From the NCBI GenBank assembly GCA_014381725.1, contig JACNLC010000085.1:12569-76568 (forward strand): a DNA stretch of 64,000 nucleotides, read 5' to 3'. Shown in pieces: positions 28,618 to 37,681 of this stretch. The position numbers and the translations under genes are program-made. This stretch comes from Fidelibacterota bacterium (GTDB taxonomy: Bacteria; Fidelibacterota; Marinisomatia; SCGC-AAA003-L08; JACNLC01). Below the pieces are notes generated by a model. It searched no databases, was not told the origin of the DNA, and saw only the letters and a list, made by a program, of their open reading frames with translations. The number at the start of each line of letters is the position of its first letter. Position 1 is the stretch's first letter.

Positions 28618-30630
28618 ATGTTGAATAACAAAATAACAAAACTAATCAGTGCAATCTGTGTAATCTGTGGTTTGGTTAGCGGTTTGCTTTTTGCAACTAC
28701 AATAAACATCCCGGCAGATTACAGCACAATACAAGCCGGCTTAAACTCAGCAAGCGAAGGCGACACCGTGCAAGTCTCTGCAGGTACTTACTACGAAAAC
28801 ATCACTTGGCCTGCTACAAACAGCATACAACTAATTGGTAGCGGTGAAGAGGATTGCATTATTGATGGTGATTCTCTGGCAAGTGTGATACGCTTTACAA
28901 GCAGTAATATTGACACAACCACGCTCATAACTGGATTTTCAATACAAAACGGTTTTGCACAAGGAGATTATCCATATAATCATGGCGGCGGGATTTATTG
29001 CTCTTCTTCCAGTCCGAGTTTGGCGAATGTGACGATTTCTGGTAATTCGGCTGAAGGTGTTGGTGGTGGGATTTATTGCCGTAATTATTCCTGTCCGAGT
29101 TTTTCATCAGAGAATCGCTGTAATATCTATTCCAACACCATATCAAACAGCAGAGGAGCAGGTGCGGATATTTTTGCAAATAATTGTCCTGTCATTGATG
29201 TTATCGTAGATACATTCACGGTGTTGACTCCAACTGAATATCACGCATCACCTTTGGATAATTTCACATTTGATATTTTGAATTCGATTATTCCAGAAGA
29301 AGATCAAGTCAACGCAGACCTTTATGTTTCGCCGGATGGAGATAACAGCAATGATGGATTAACCGCAGAGACTCCGCTTAAAACGATTCAATATGCAACC
29401 AGCATCATTCTTGCAGACAGCACCAATCCGCATACGATTCATCTTGCGAATGGAATTTACAGTCCAAGCACCAACGGTGAGTATTTTCCTGTGGAAGTGA
29501 TAAACTATGTTTCGCTTGTAGGAGAATCTGAAGATGGTGTGATTTTAGATGCAGAAGGTGTTGCCGGAGTGATGAGATGTAGATATGTTACCTCTGCCAC
29601 AATTTCACATCTGACATTGACAAACGGTTCGGCTTCTTCCGGTGGCGGGATTTATTGCCGTGAATCTAGTCCGAGTTTAGCGAATGTGACGATAAGTGGC
29701 AATTCGGCTTCTGAATATGGTGGAGGGATTTATTGCGAAGAATCCAGTCCGAGTTTGGCGAATGTAACGATAAGTAATAATTCGGCTTCTGAATATGGTG
29801 GCGGGGTTTTTTGCTATAATAATTCCAGCCCTACTTTTGTGAATGTGACGATTAGTAATAATTCGGCTTCTTCTAATGGTGGCGGGATGTATTTGAATAA
29901 TTCCAGTCCGAGTTTGGTTGATGTGACCATAACGGCTAATTATGCTTCTTTTGGTGGCGGAATTTTTTGCTGGGACAATTCCAGCCCGAGTTTGGTTAAT
30001 TGTATTTTGTGGAATGATGCACCACAGGAGGTTTATTTTAATGTATATTCTGACCCAAATTCAATTATGATTGCATATTCTGATATTCAAGGTGGCGAAG
30101 CAGGAATTGTAACAAACGATAACGGCACAGTTAATTGGGAAGACGGCAATATAAATTTAGATCCGCTGTTTGTAGATGAAGAAAATGGAGATTTTCATCT
30201 TCAAGAAAGTTCGCCCTGCATAGATGCTGGCACAGCGTTTTTTGTGTTTGAAGGCGATACTTTAGTTGATATGAGCGAAGATGAATATGTTGGCTCAGCA
30301 CCAGATATGGGAGCGTTTGAGTATGGAGAAATTGCAGGAATTGAGGATGATTACGAATTATTAATAACGAATTACGAGTTAATGAGAGCATACCCAAATC
30401 CATTTAATCCGAGTACAACAATTAGCTATGCGGTAGAGTCAAACGGCCGTTTGTCTCTACAAATTTACAACATTACTGGTCAATTGGTAGAAACATTGGT
30501 AAACGAGCAAGTAGAAGCTGGTTATCATACAGTAGTTTGGAATGCAAATAATCAGCCGAGTGGAATTTATTTTGCTGTTCTGAGTATTGGTGGATTTTCA
30601 GAGACACAAAAACTACTTCTCTTGAAGTAA
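28618..30630 (+). CDS. right-handed parallel beta-helix (PbH1) repeat protein with T9SS C-terminal domain
   Basis: AAGGAG SD and signal anchor. Repeated coils GGGIYC(x)SSPSLANVTISGNSA. C-terminal YPNPFNPSTTISY...QKLLLLK. Confidence 0.7.
   Translation: MLNNKITKLISAICVICGLVSGLLFATTINIPADYSTIQAGLNSASEGDTVQVSAGTYYENITWPATNSIQLIGSGEEDCIIDGDSLASVIRFTSSNIDTTTLITGFSIQNGFAQGDYPYNHGGGIYCSSSSPSLANVTISGNSAEGVGGGIYCRNYSCPSFSSENRCNIYSNTISNSRGAGADIFANNCPVIDVIVDTFTVLTPTEYHASPLDNFTFDILNSIIPEEDQVNADLYVSPDGDNSNDGLTAETPLKTIQYATSIILADSTNPHTIHLANGIYSPSTNGEYFPVEVINYVSLVGESEDGVILDAEGVAGVMRCRYVTSATISHLTLTNGSASSGGGIYCRESSPSLANVTISGNSASEYGGGIYCEESSPSLANVTISNNSASEYGGGVFCYNNSSPTFVNVTISNNSASSNGGGMYLNNSSPSLVDVTITANYASFGGGIFCWDNSSPSLVNCILWNDAPQEVYFNVYSDPNSIMIAYSDIQGGEAGIVTNDNGTVNWEDGNINLDPLFVDEENGDFHLQESSPCIDAGTAFFVFEGDTLVDMSEDEYVGSAPDMGAFEYGEIAGIEDDYELLITNYELMRAYPNPFNPSTTISYAVESNGRLSLQIYNITGQLVETLVNEQVEAGYHTVVWNANNQPSGIYFAVLSIGGFSETQKLLLLK
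29641..30018. repeat. coding tandem repeat, ~78-nt period x ~5 (beta-helix coils)
   Basis: GGTGG(C/A)GGG unit starts at 29641, 29719, 29797, 29878 and 29953 (spacings 78, 78, 81, 75 nt). An earlier pair lies at ~28984-29100. Confidence 0.85.
30432..30546. repeat. near-identical CTD-coding tract, copy 2 (in the PbH1 gene)
   Basis: Matches 28125-28239 at an offset of 2307 nt. The palindrome has one mismatch here (GAGTCAAACGGCCGTTTGTCTC, 30436-30457). Confidence 0.9.
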
Positions 30631-30687
30631 ATTATTTAAAATAGTTTTTCATAAATAGTTTCATAAATTAACTACCGAGTTAATAGT

Positions 30688-32898
30688 ATGGAAATCATAA
30701 AAAAGACTTTTCGAATTGATGGGATGCACTGTGCAGGTTGTGTTGCAAATGTAGAGAAAACACTTAATTCTGTAAATGGCATTATCGATGCATCCGCAAA
30801 CCTTACATTGGAAAATGTTTCAATAGAATATTCTGATAAAAACGCTATCAATTCTGCAGTATCTGCTATTGAGCATATTGGATTTCAACTGATTTTAGAT
30901 AAAAAAGACATACCACCAGCTGAGAAAAAGCAAAAAGAAATTAGTCAATGGAAAACCAAGTTCCTACAAATGGCAGTATTTGGAATTCCCTTACTATTTT
31001 TTGCAATGTGGGAGATGGTTTTTCAAGGAATAGTCTCTAAAAATACATCAATAATTATTCAATTTCCACTTGCAACGGTATTGGTTTTTCTCGGTAGGAA
31101 TTACTATGTAATTGGATTCAAATCATTGCTTAGATTAGTTCCCAATATGGACAGCTTAATAGCTTTGGGAACAAGTGCCGCATATTTATACTCTATTATT
31201 TCTTCAATTAATCTTATTGGAGAATTCGGGATTTCAGGATTTGAAAAACTCTATTTTGAAAGTGCAGGAGTAATCTTATTATTTATAACCTTGGGACGAT
31301 TTCTCGAAGCAAAAGCAAAGGGAAAAACTACAGAAGCACTTTCAAAGTTATTTGAAACCGCTCCAAAAACAGGATGGATTAACAATAATAGTGACTGGAT
31401 TGAAATCCCCGTTGAGGAGATTAAGATTGGCGATACTATAATGGTCAAACCTGGCGGACAAATTCCAGTTGACGGAACCGTTATTGAAGGTTTGTCTTTT
31501 GTTGATGAATCGGCAATTACAGGGGAATCAAATCCTGTGAAAAAAGAGAAGAATGATAAAGTAATCGGTGCAACAATCAATACATCCGGAATGATCATAT
31601 TCGTAGCTGAAAAAGTAGGCAGTGATACAGTATTTTCCAATATTATCAAATTAGTTAAAGAAGCACAATCATCTAAAGCACCAATTCAAACTTTAGCAGA
31701 TAAAATAGCCGGAATTTTTGTTCCAATAGTTTTATTATTAGCAGTTATAAGTTCCGTGGGGTGGTTAGCGTTGGGGCAACCACTTGTATTTTCTCTAAAC
31801 ATTTTTGTATCAGTTTTGATTATTGCTTGTCCTTGTGCTTTAGGTTTGGCTACACCAACAGCTGTAGTGGTTGGAATGGGTTTATCAGCACAAAATGGTA
31901 TTCATTTTAAATCCGCTGAATCTTTGCAATATTTAAGCAAAACTGGTATAGTTGTTTTTGACAAAACCGGGACCCTAACCAAAGGCGAGATAGTAATCAC
32001 AGATATTAAAACATCAATTGACAAAAAAGAATTTTATTCGTTACTATACTCAATAGAAATACCCTCTGAACACCATTTAGGCAAAGCTATTGTCAACCAT
32101 ATTTCCAAAGGTGAAGAATTTGATGAATATTCTGTAAATTCTTTTAAAGCTATATTAGGAAAAGGTGTAAAAGGAATAATTAATAACAGCGAAATTATTG
32201 TTGGGAATTTGACATTTATTAATGAAACAATAAACCAGTTATCGGATGATATTTTAGACTTGGACGATCGACTTAAAAATCAGGGAAAAACAGTAATCCA
32301 CATTGCAAGCAACGATGAATGGCTTGGGCTCGTTGGGTTATCAGATGAAATTAGAATTGAAGCAGAACAGACAATTTATGAGCTCCAAAAAAATGGAGTT
32401 GATTTGTGGATGATTACTGGCGACAATCACAAAACTGCCGAACATGTAGGGAAAACTATAGGAATTAAAAATATACTATCTGAGATTCTGCCAAATGAAA
32501 AATCAACACAAATTACTCAACTTAAAAAAAATGGTAATCTTGTAGCAATGGTGGGAGATGGAATAAATGATGCTCCGGCACTAGCTTCGGCGAATATTGG
32601 AATTGCTTTAAGTTCTGGTACAGATGTAGCAATAGAAACTGCTGATATTGTATTAATGAGATCCGACCTTTCTTTGGTTAAAGGAGCAATGAAAATCAGT
32701 AAAAAAGTTGTTAGTAAAATTAAACAAAATTTGTTTTGGGCATTTATTTATAATGTTGTTGGAATTCCAGTTGCTATGGGAATTTTGTATCCTATAAATG
32801 GTTATTTACTAAATCCAATGATTGCCGGAATTGCAATGGCGTTTTCTTCTGTTAGTGTTGTGAGCAATACATTACTTTTGAAAAGAATGAAGATGTAA
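30688..32898 (+). CDS. copA: copper-translocating P1B-type ATPase
   Basis: N-terminal HMA domain GMHCAGC, CPC metal site (IIACPCALGLATP), DKTGTLT phosphorylation motif and GDGINDAPAL hinge. Confidence 0.9.
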   Translation: MEIIKKTFRIDGMHCAGCVANVEKTLNSVNGIIDASANLTLENVSIEYSDKNAINSAVSAIEHIGFQLILDKKDIPPAEKKQKEISQWKTKFLQMAVFGIPLLFFAMWEMVFQGIVSKNTSIIIQFPLATVLVFLGRNYYVIGFKSLLRLVPNMDSLIALGTSAAYLYSIISSINLIGEFGISGFEKLYFESAGVILLFITLGRFLEAKAKGKTTEALSKLFETAPKTGWINNNSDWIEIPVEEIKIGDTIMVKPGGQIPVDGTVIEGLSFVDESAITGESNPVKKEKNDKVIGATINTSGMIIFVAEKVGSDTVFSNIIKLVKEAQSSKAPIQTLADKIAGIFVPIVLLLAVISSVGWLALGQPLVFSLNIFVSVLIIACPCALGLATPTAVVVGMGLSAQNGIHFKSAESLQYLSKTGIVVFDKTGTLTKGEIVITDIKTSIDKKEFYSLLYSIEIPSEHHLGKAIVNHISKGEEFDEYSVNSFKAILGKGVKGIINNSEIIVGNLTFINETINQLSDDILDLDDRLKNQGKTVIHIASNDEWLGLVGLSDEIRIEAEQTIYELQKNGVDLWMITGDNHKTAEHVGKTIGIKNILSEILPNEKSTQITQLKKNGNLVAMVGDGINDAPALASANIGIALSSGTDVAIETADIVLMRSDLSLVKGAMKISKKVVSKIKQNLFWAFIYNVVGIPVAMGILYPINGYLLNPMIAGIAMAFSSVSVVSNTLLLKRMKM

Positions 32899-32972
32899 TA
32901 TTGTTTCAACAAAGTAGTTCCGAACTTTAGGAATTAGTGCACTTGCTTGCTCGAACCGACTCCCCACATTCT

Positions 32973-34961
32973 TCACTTTCCCCAAATCAATGGAGATTCT
33001 ATTACCTCGTGATTGCCTTTGGTGATATTTCTACCATTCTCGAAAACTAGGTAACCGTATTTTCCGTAGTGTGGAATTTTACGCGCTAAAGGAATAAGTT
33101 CTCGCTGATTGGACGAATAGAACAACAACCCTGATTTACCATTATTTTGTTTAAATGCCCAAACAAAACTGTGGTCGTCGGAAGTCATAGATTGTTTGTA
33201 AATCTCCAATGAACCATTCGATTTAAGATGTTTCAATTTCGCTGGAATTACACCTAAATAAATTAGGGGTATCTCCGGAATTTCATCTGTTGTAAGAAAC
33301 AATTGTAATATATTTTCTTCGTTGATATGTCCGTTAAATGACCGCGCAAGTTCTGTCCATTCATCTGATTTCTCTGGAACAACAAATCCAAATTCAGGTT
33401 CACCTAACAAATGTCTAATAGTCATATCCATTTCGGAATCATCCAAAGTTCGCATAAGATGGTAATTTGGGTCTATTACTACTTTTTCAACTTCGTGATT
33501 TAAATCCAATTTAGTTAACTCAGAATCAAGAAAGATTTTCGATAAGTTTGTGTTTTCTTTTTCAAAAGTTAATACTTCAACAAACATCGGTTTAATACTA
33601 CCTATTTGTTTGACATAAAAATCATCACTTTCTTTAATTAACTCTAATTTAGGATTTCCCTTTTCATCAATCCACTTTTGTTTCAATTTAGTTAAATCAT
33701 TGCCACTTATTTCTTCGAAAGCATTGAAAAATTCGTCATAACCAGTTTTCTGCCATTGATGTTTTTTTATAACTAATTTTAGAGCTTCTATAAATTTGTC
33801 TTGACCAAGATATTCTTCAATCATATGAAAAATCATAGCTACTTTCCCGTAACCAATTGCACGAGATGACATATCAGTTCTGCTTATAAAATCTGCTGGA
33901 GCAAAATCATTTTCAACTGTAGTATAGATTGAATAATCTTTCAACAAATTCTTGCGATACTGTTCTGCATCATTTTTTGATTTTTGCAATTTATATAAAT
34001 AATCTGCTTGATATGATGTTAGTCCCTCGCACCAATTACCGCCATCTCCGACATACACAGAATTACCCCACCAATTGTGCAAAACTTCGTGTCCGAGTGA
34101 TGTATAAACAATAAACGGCAAATGAATAACCGACCGCCCCAAAACAGTATAAGATGGCATTCCATATCCAGTTGGAAAAAAGTTCTCCACAACCGCAAAT
34201 TTTGAGAATGGATAAGGTGATAACATTTCAGAATACATTTGCACAAATTCTATACTTTTATTCAGATAATCTATTGCCAATGATGAATCTTCAGGGAAGA
34301 AATAGGTGTAAAACTCTATATCATTTACAACTTTTTTGCTGATGACCCACTCTGCTGCAGTTACAAAAATCCCATCTACTTTGTGCAGTGTTTCAAACTC
34401 AGATAATGTAATATCCAACATAAAATTTGTTTTACCTTGATGGATTAATTTCCCTTCAGAAACTGCACTCCATTTTTTGGGAAGATAAATTTTAGTATGG
34501 AAAGTTAGCAAGTCCTCATCTGCCATTGGATAATATCCAGCAGATGGCGACAAAAATACGCCTTGTTCAGAAATTGTTGCGTCAATTTCCATCGCAATTT
34601 TTTCGCGACTGAATGTTGATGATTCTGTATCCTGCAACATCACACCTGAATAATTAACAGAAATATCAGCAGTTTTGGATTCCATCATTTTTCGTTGGAT
34701 AACAATTAGATTCAATCCAACATTTTTATCAAATACTTGTTCAAATTCTCGTGTTCTCCCATTGATAGTTAAGGAATGAATTTCAAGTATATCGGATAAA
34801 TAAAATTCGAAATTACCATCAGAAGTAATCTCAAATGTATCTTCAGCAGTTAATTTATTTGATGCTGGATTAATATTCATCAAAATATCGTGATGAGTAA
34901 TAATTGATTCTGAAAATAGAAATCGAATTCCAACTACCAATACTAAAACTAATTTATTCAT
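32973..34961 (-). CDS. M1 family metallopeptidase (secreted)
   Basis: GHEVLHNWWGN (HExxH) plus the downstream WCEGLTSY Glu. Signal peptide starts at MNKLVLVLVVG (ATG 34961); the track start at 35015 abuts the upstream stop. Confidence 0.75.
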   Translation of the reverse strand: MNKLVLVLVVGIRFLFSESIITHHDILMNINPASNKLTAEDTFEITSDGNFEFYLSDILEIHSLTINGRTREFEQVFDKNVGLNLIVIQRKMMESKTADISVNYSGVMLQDTESSTFSREKIAMEIDATISEQGVFLSPSAGYYPMADEDLLTFHTKIYLPKKWSAVSEGKLIHQGKTNFMLDITLSEFETLHKVDGIFVTAAEWVISKKVVNDIEFYTYFFPEDSSLAIDYLNKSIEFVQMYSEMLSPYPFSKFAVVENFFPTGYGMPSYTVLGRSVIHLPFIVYTSLGHEVLHNWWGNSVYVGDGGNWCEGLTSYQADYLYKLQKSKNDAEQYRKNLLKDYSIYTTVENDFAPADFISRTDMSSRAIGYGKVAMIFHMIEEYLGQDKFIEALKLVIKKHQWQKTGYDEFFNAFEEISGNDLTKLKQKWIDEKGNPKLELIKESDDFYVKQIGSIKPMFVEVLTFEKENTNLSKIFLDSELTKLDLNHEVEKVVIDPNYHLMRTLDDSEMDMTIRHLLGEPEFGFVVPEKSDEWTELARSFNGHINEENILQLFLTTDEIPEIPLIYLGVIPAKLKHLKSNGSLEIYKQSMTSDDHSFVWAFKQNNGKSGLLFYSSNQRELIPLARKIPHYGKYGYLVFENGRNITKGNHEVIESPLIWGK

Positions 34962-35015
34962 ATTTTTCCTTTTTCTCTCACGCAAATGCAGAAAGCGTTT
35001 TGTGTAAAATATCAA

Positions 35016-37634
35016 TTATTTGACAATCACTAGGGTGTGATTTTCTGGAAATTGTAGATATTTCTCAGCTACTTTTTGGATATCTTCAACTGTAATCTTT
35101 TCATATTTTTCAAAGCGGTTAAGTGCTTTTTGATAATCGTCAGAATAAAACTCAAAATATCCCATATAAAATGCTTGACCAATCCGAGTGAGATTTCTCA
35201 TCATATAATGACCTTTACTCGAGTTAATAGTTTTTTCGATTTCGTTTTGTGAAATATCCAATAATTTATCCGGATTAAAATACGATTTCATTCCGTTAGT
35301 GGCTATGTCAATATTTTCGATTCCTGTTCCAATTGATGCTGTCAGCCAACCAATATTACCTTCGTAACCGTCTGACATTCCCAACGAATACGCCAATCCC
35401 TGAGTTTCTCGTAAATCAAACATCATACGATACGATAGTAAATCTGTCATTAACGAAAATGTCGGTTTATCGTCTTTCTCAATTTCAAATTTATATCCCA
35501 ATCTAATCTGAGCTTGTTCCTTGCTCATATCAATTATTTTCTCACTAAAGTCAGTTGATAGTTCTACACCAGAATCAAATTTCTTTGTTGGTTCAGCAAC
35601 TTTTGTCCAAATTGAGTTAAAAATGTTAGTTAGTTCAGAATGAGAAATTCCTGATGAAATCGAAATGATATAATTCTCAGGTAAAAAATATCTTTTTTGT
35701 AGCGATGTTAAATTGTCAATATTCATCATTGATACAGCTTCCATCGTGCCACTAACTTTCCCTATTGAGGGATGATTGTTGCCAAGAAATAACCTCCAAA
35801 ACTCTTTTGATGCAGTTTCTCTTGCGGTGCTTTGTTGCATCCCCAATCTCATTCTTGCATTTGAAATTCCTTCACCAATATTCTCTTCTGCCAAAATTGT
35901 GTTGGATAGCATATGGGTCAATAATTTTATTCCTTCTTCTGCATCTTTTTCCAAACATTCAAATCGGATATAACCAAATTCCGGTGAATTGTAATAATTA
36001 TCGTATGGAATAAATCCCATATCCTTGAATTTTATTTTAGCACCAATGGTTTGCAATTTCTTTTGAAGTTCTTCGGCTGAATATTCATCAGTTCCGGATT
36101 CCAACAACGAATGTAAGATTTCCGCTCCACCGGAAAGAGGTCCTTCGATTACATTTCTGTTCTTGATTAAAATGTGCATCCCAAACATTTCTGAACCACC
36201 ACCAGATGCAGTTACTAAAGTCACCCCAGACGGCAGTACCGTTTTATCATAAACTAACTTAGTATCCTTTGTGTCTTTTGTGGTAAGTCCTTTCGGGAAT
36301 ACAAAGTTATAATGCCGATTTGAGATTAATAACTTTTCGCCGGCTTCAATTATTTGTAAAGGATTTAACTCGCGAATGTTTTGCAGTTTTGACAACACAA
36401 ATTCCCCGCCACCCATTGCCAATTCCGGTGCTTTCATCATAGGATAATAATGCAGTTGGTCGAGTAACGATGCTTCTTCTACAATCATTTCATTCACTTT
36501 AAGTGATATCATTTCTGCAGTAATTATCGTTGATAATCTCTGTTGGATTAATGAAAGTTCATCGTCAAATTTTACTAAAATATCCGATGGATTTTCTTCG
36601 GCAGAAGCTGTAAAATCAATAATCACTTTCCCAAAAGATGGATAATTAGTGTAAGAAACATAAGGGCTGTAATCACCAAGAGTTGTATTAAGTTCTTCGG
36701 TTAATACATCTATCAAAAACTCCGTTTCTAAGGAATATTGTTTTGAAAATGCAGGGGCATCAAAAACTATTTGTCCGTGAATCCGGTCTGTTTCAAAATT
36801 CGTTTGGTTGACAGTCATAGATGGAGCGAAACTAACAGGTTGATAGAATTCTACAGGCATAGGTTGATATTGGCCATAATTATTTTCTAACATCAATTTC
36901 AATTGAGTTTCATCAAAACTACCAATAACTGTTAACAGCATATTGTTTGGGACATAATGGTTTTTAAAAAAATCATATACATCGTCTCTGTTGAGATTTT
37001 CTATCGTATTTGGAGTCCCAAGAGTTGGCAGTCCAACACCTGAATCACCAAAATTCTTTCTGTCAAAATAATTCTGGATTTCATATTCGTTTCTGTCTCT
37101 GTCTTTGCGGATTTCTTCAATTACAATGCCGCGTTCTTTCTCAAATTTCTCTTCCGGGATTATCGAATTAAACAGCATATCGGATTGGACATCCATCCCA
37201 TTTTCAAGATATTCAGATGGCATTAGCAAAAAATAATCAGTGAAGAATTTTCCTGTAAATGCGTTTGAATACATTCCATAGAAATCAGTTTCTTCATAGA
37301 GTTCATCTTGAGTTCTTTGTTCAGTTCCATTAAACAGTAGATGCTCAAGCATATGAGACATTCCCGAAGTGCTATAATTTTCGTAAGCTGAACCAACTCT
37401 AACGGACATATTCAAACAAACCATCGGAGAAGCATCGTTCTGAATCGCCAAAACTTCCATCCCATTTTCGAGATAAAATGTTTGAGTATTCTGTGGAAAT
37501 TGTGTTACACTAGGAACTTCAATCTCAGAATTTAACATTTGTTTATTGTGAGTGTTATGTTTGCAAATTGCTTGTTTGTGATGCGCACATCCAAATAGTG
37601 AAATGATTGATATTATTAAAATTATTTTCTTCAT
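35016..37634 (-). CDS. M16 family (pitrilysin/insulinase-like) zinc peptidase, fused two-lobe form, probable lipoprotein
   Basis: Lipobox-like ISLFGC. Inverted zinc motif HMLEHLLFNGT with downstream ...RGIVIEEI. The 872-aa length fits fused active and inactive M16 halves. Confidence 0.8.
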   Translation of the reverse strand: MKKIILIISIISLFGCAHHKQAICKHNTHNKQMLNSEIEVPSVTQFPQNTQTFYLENGMEVLAIQNDASPMVCLNMSVRVGSAYENYSTSGMSHMLEHLLFNGTEQRTQDELYEETDFYGMYSNAFTGKFFTDYFLLMPSEYLENGMDVQSDMLFNSIIPEEKFEKERGIVIEEIRKDRDRNEYEIQNYFDRKNFGDSGVGLPTLGTPNTIENLNRDDVYDFFKNHYVPNNMLLTVIGSFDETQLKLMLENNYGQYQPMPVEFYQPVSFAPSMTVNQTNFETDRIHGQIVFDAPAFSKQYSLETEFLIDVLTEELNTTLGDYSPYVSYTNYPSFGKVIIDFTASAEENPSDILVKFDDELSLIQQRLSTIITAEMISLKVNEMIVEEASLLDQLHYYPMMKAPELAMGGGEFVLSKLQNIRELNPLQIIEAGEKLLISNRHYNFVFPKGLTTKDTKDTKLVYDKTVLPSGVTLVTASGGGSEMFGMHILIKNRNVIEGPLSGGAEILHSLLESGTDEYSAEELQKKLQTIGAKIKFKDMGFIPYDNYYNSPEFGYIRFECLEKDAEEGIKLLTHMLSNTILAEENIGEGISNARMRLGMQQSTARETASKEFWRLFLGNNHPSIGKVSGTMEAVSMMNIDNLTSLQKRYFLPENYIISISSGISHSELTNIFNSIWTKVAEPTKKFDSGVELSTDFSEKIIDMSKEQAQIRLGYKFEIEKDDKPTFSLMTDLLSYRMMFDLRETQGLAYSLGMSDGYEGNIGWLTASIGTGIENIDIATNGMKSYFNPDKLLDISQNEIEKTINSSKGHYMMRNLTRIGQAFYMGYFEFYSDDYQKALNRFEKYEKITVEDIQKVAEKYLQFPENHTLVIVK

Positions 37635-37681
37635 TTGTTTTCCTTTTTCATATCTAATCTGTTTTTAGCAGTGTACAATTT

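Noticed and set aside
29641-30018. Regular ~78-nt repeats that could be mistaken for a CRISPR-like array.
   Set aside because: The repeats are in-frame coding units of a beta-helix protein. They have no unique spacers, and the repeat-to-repeat divergence is typical of protein coils.
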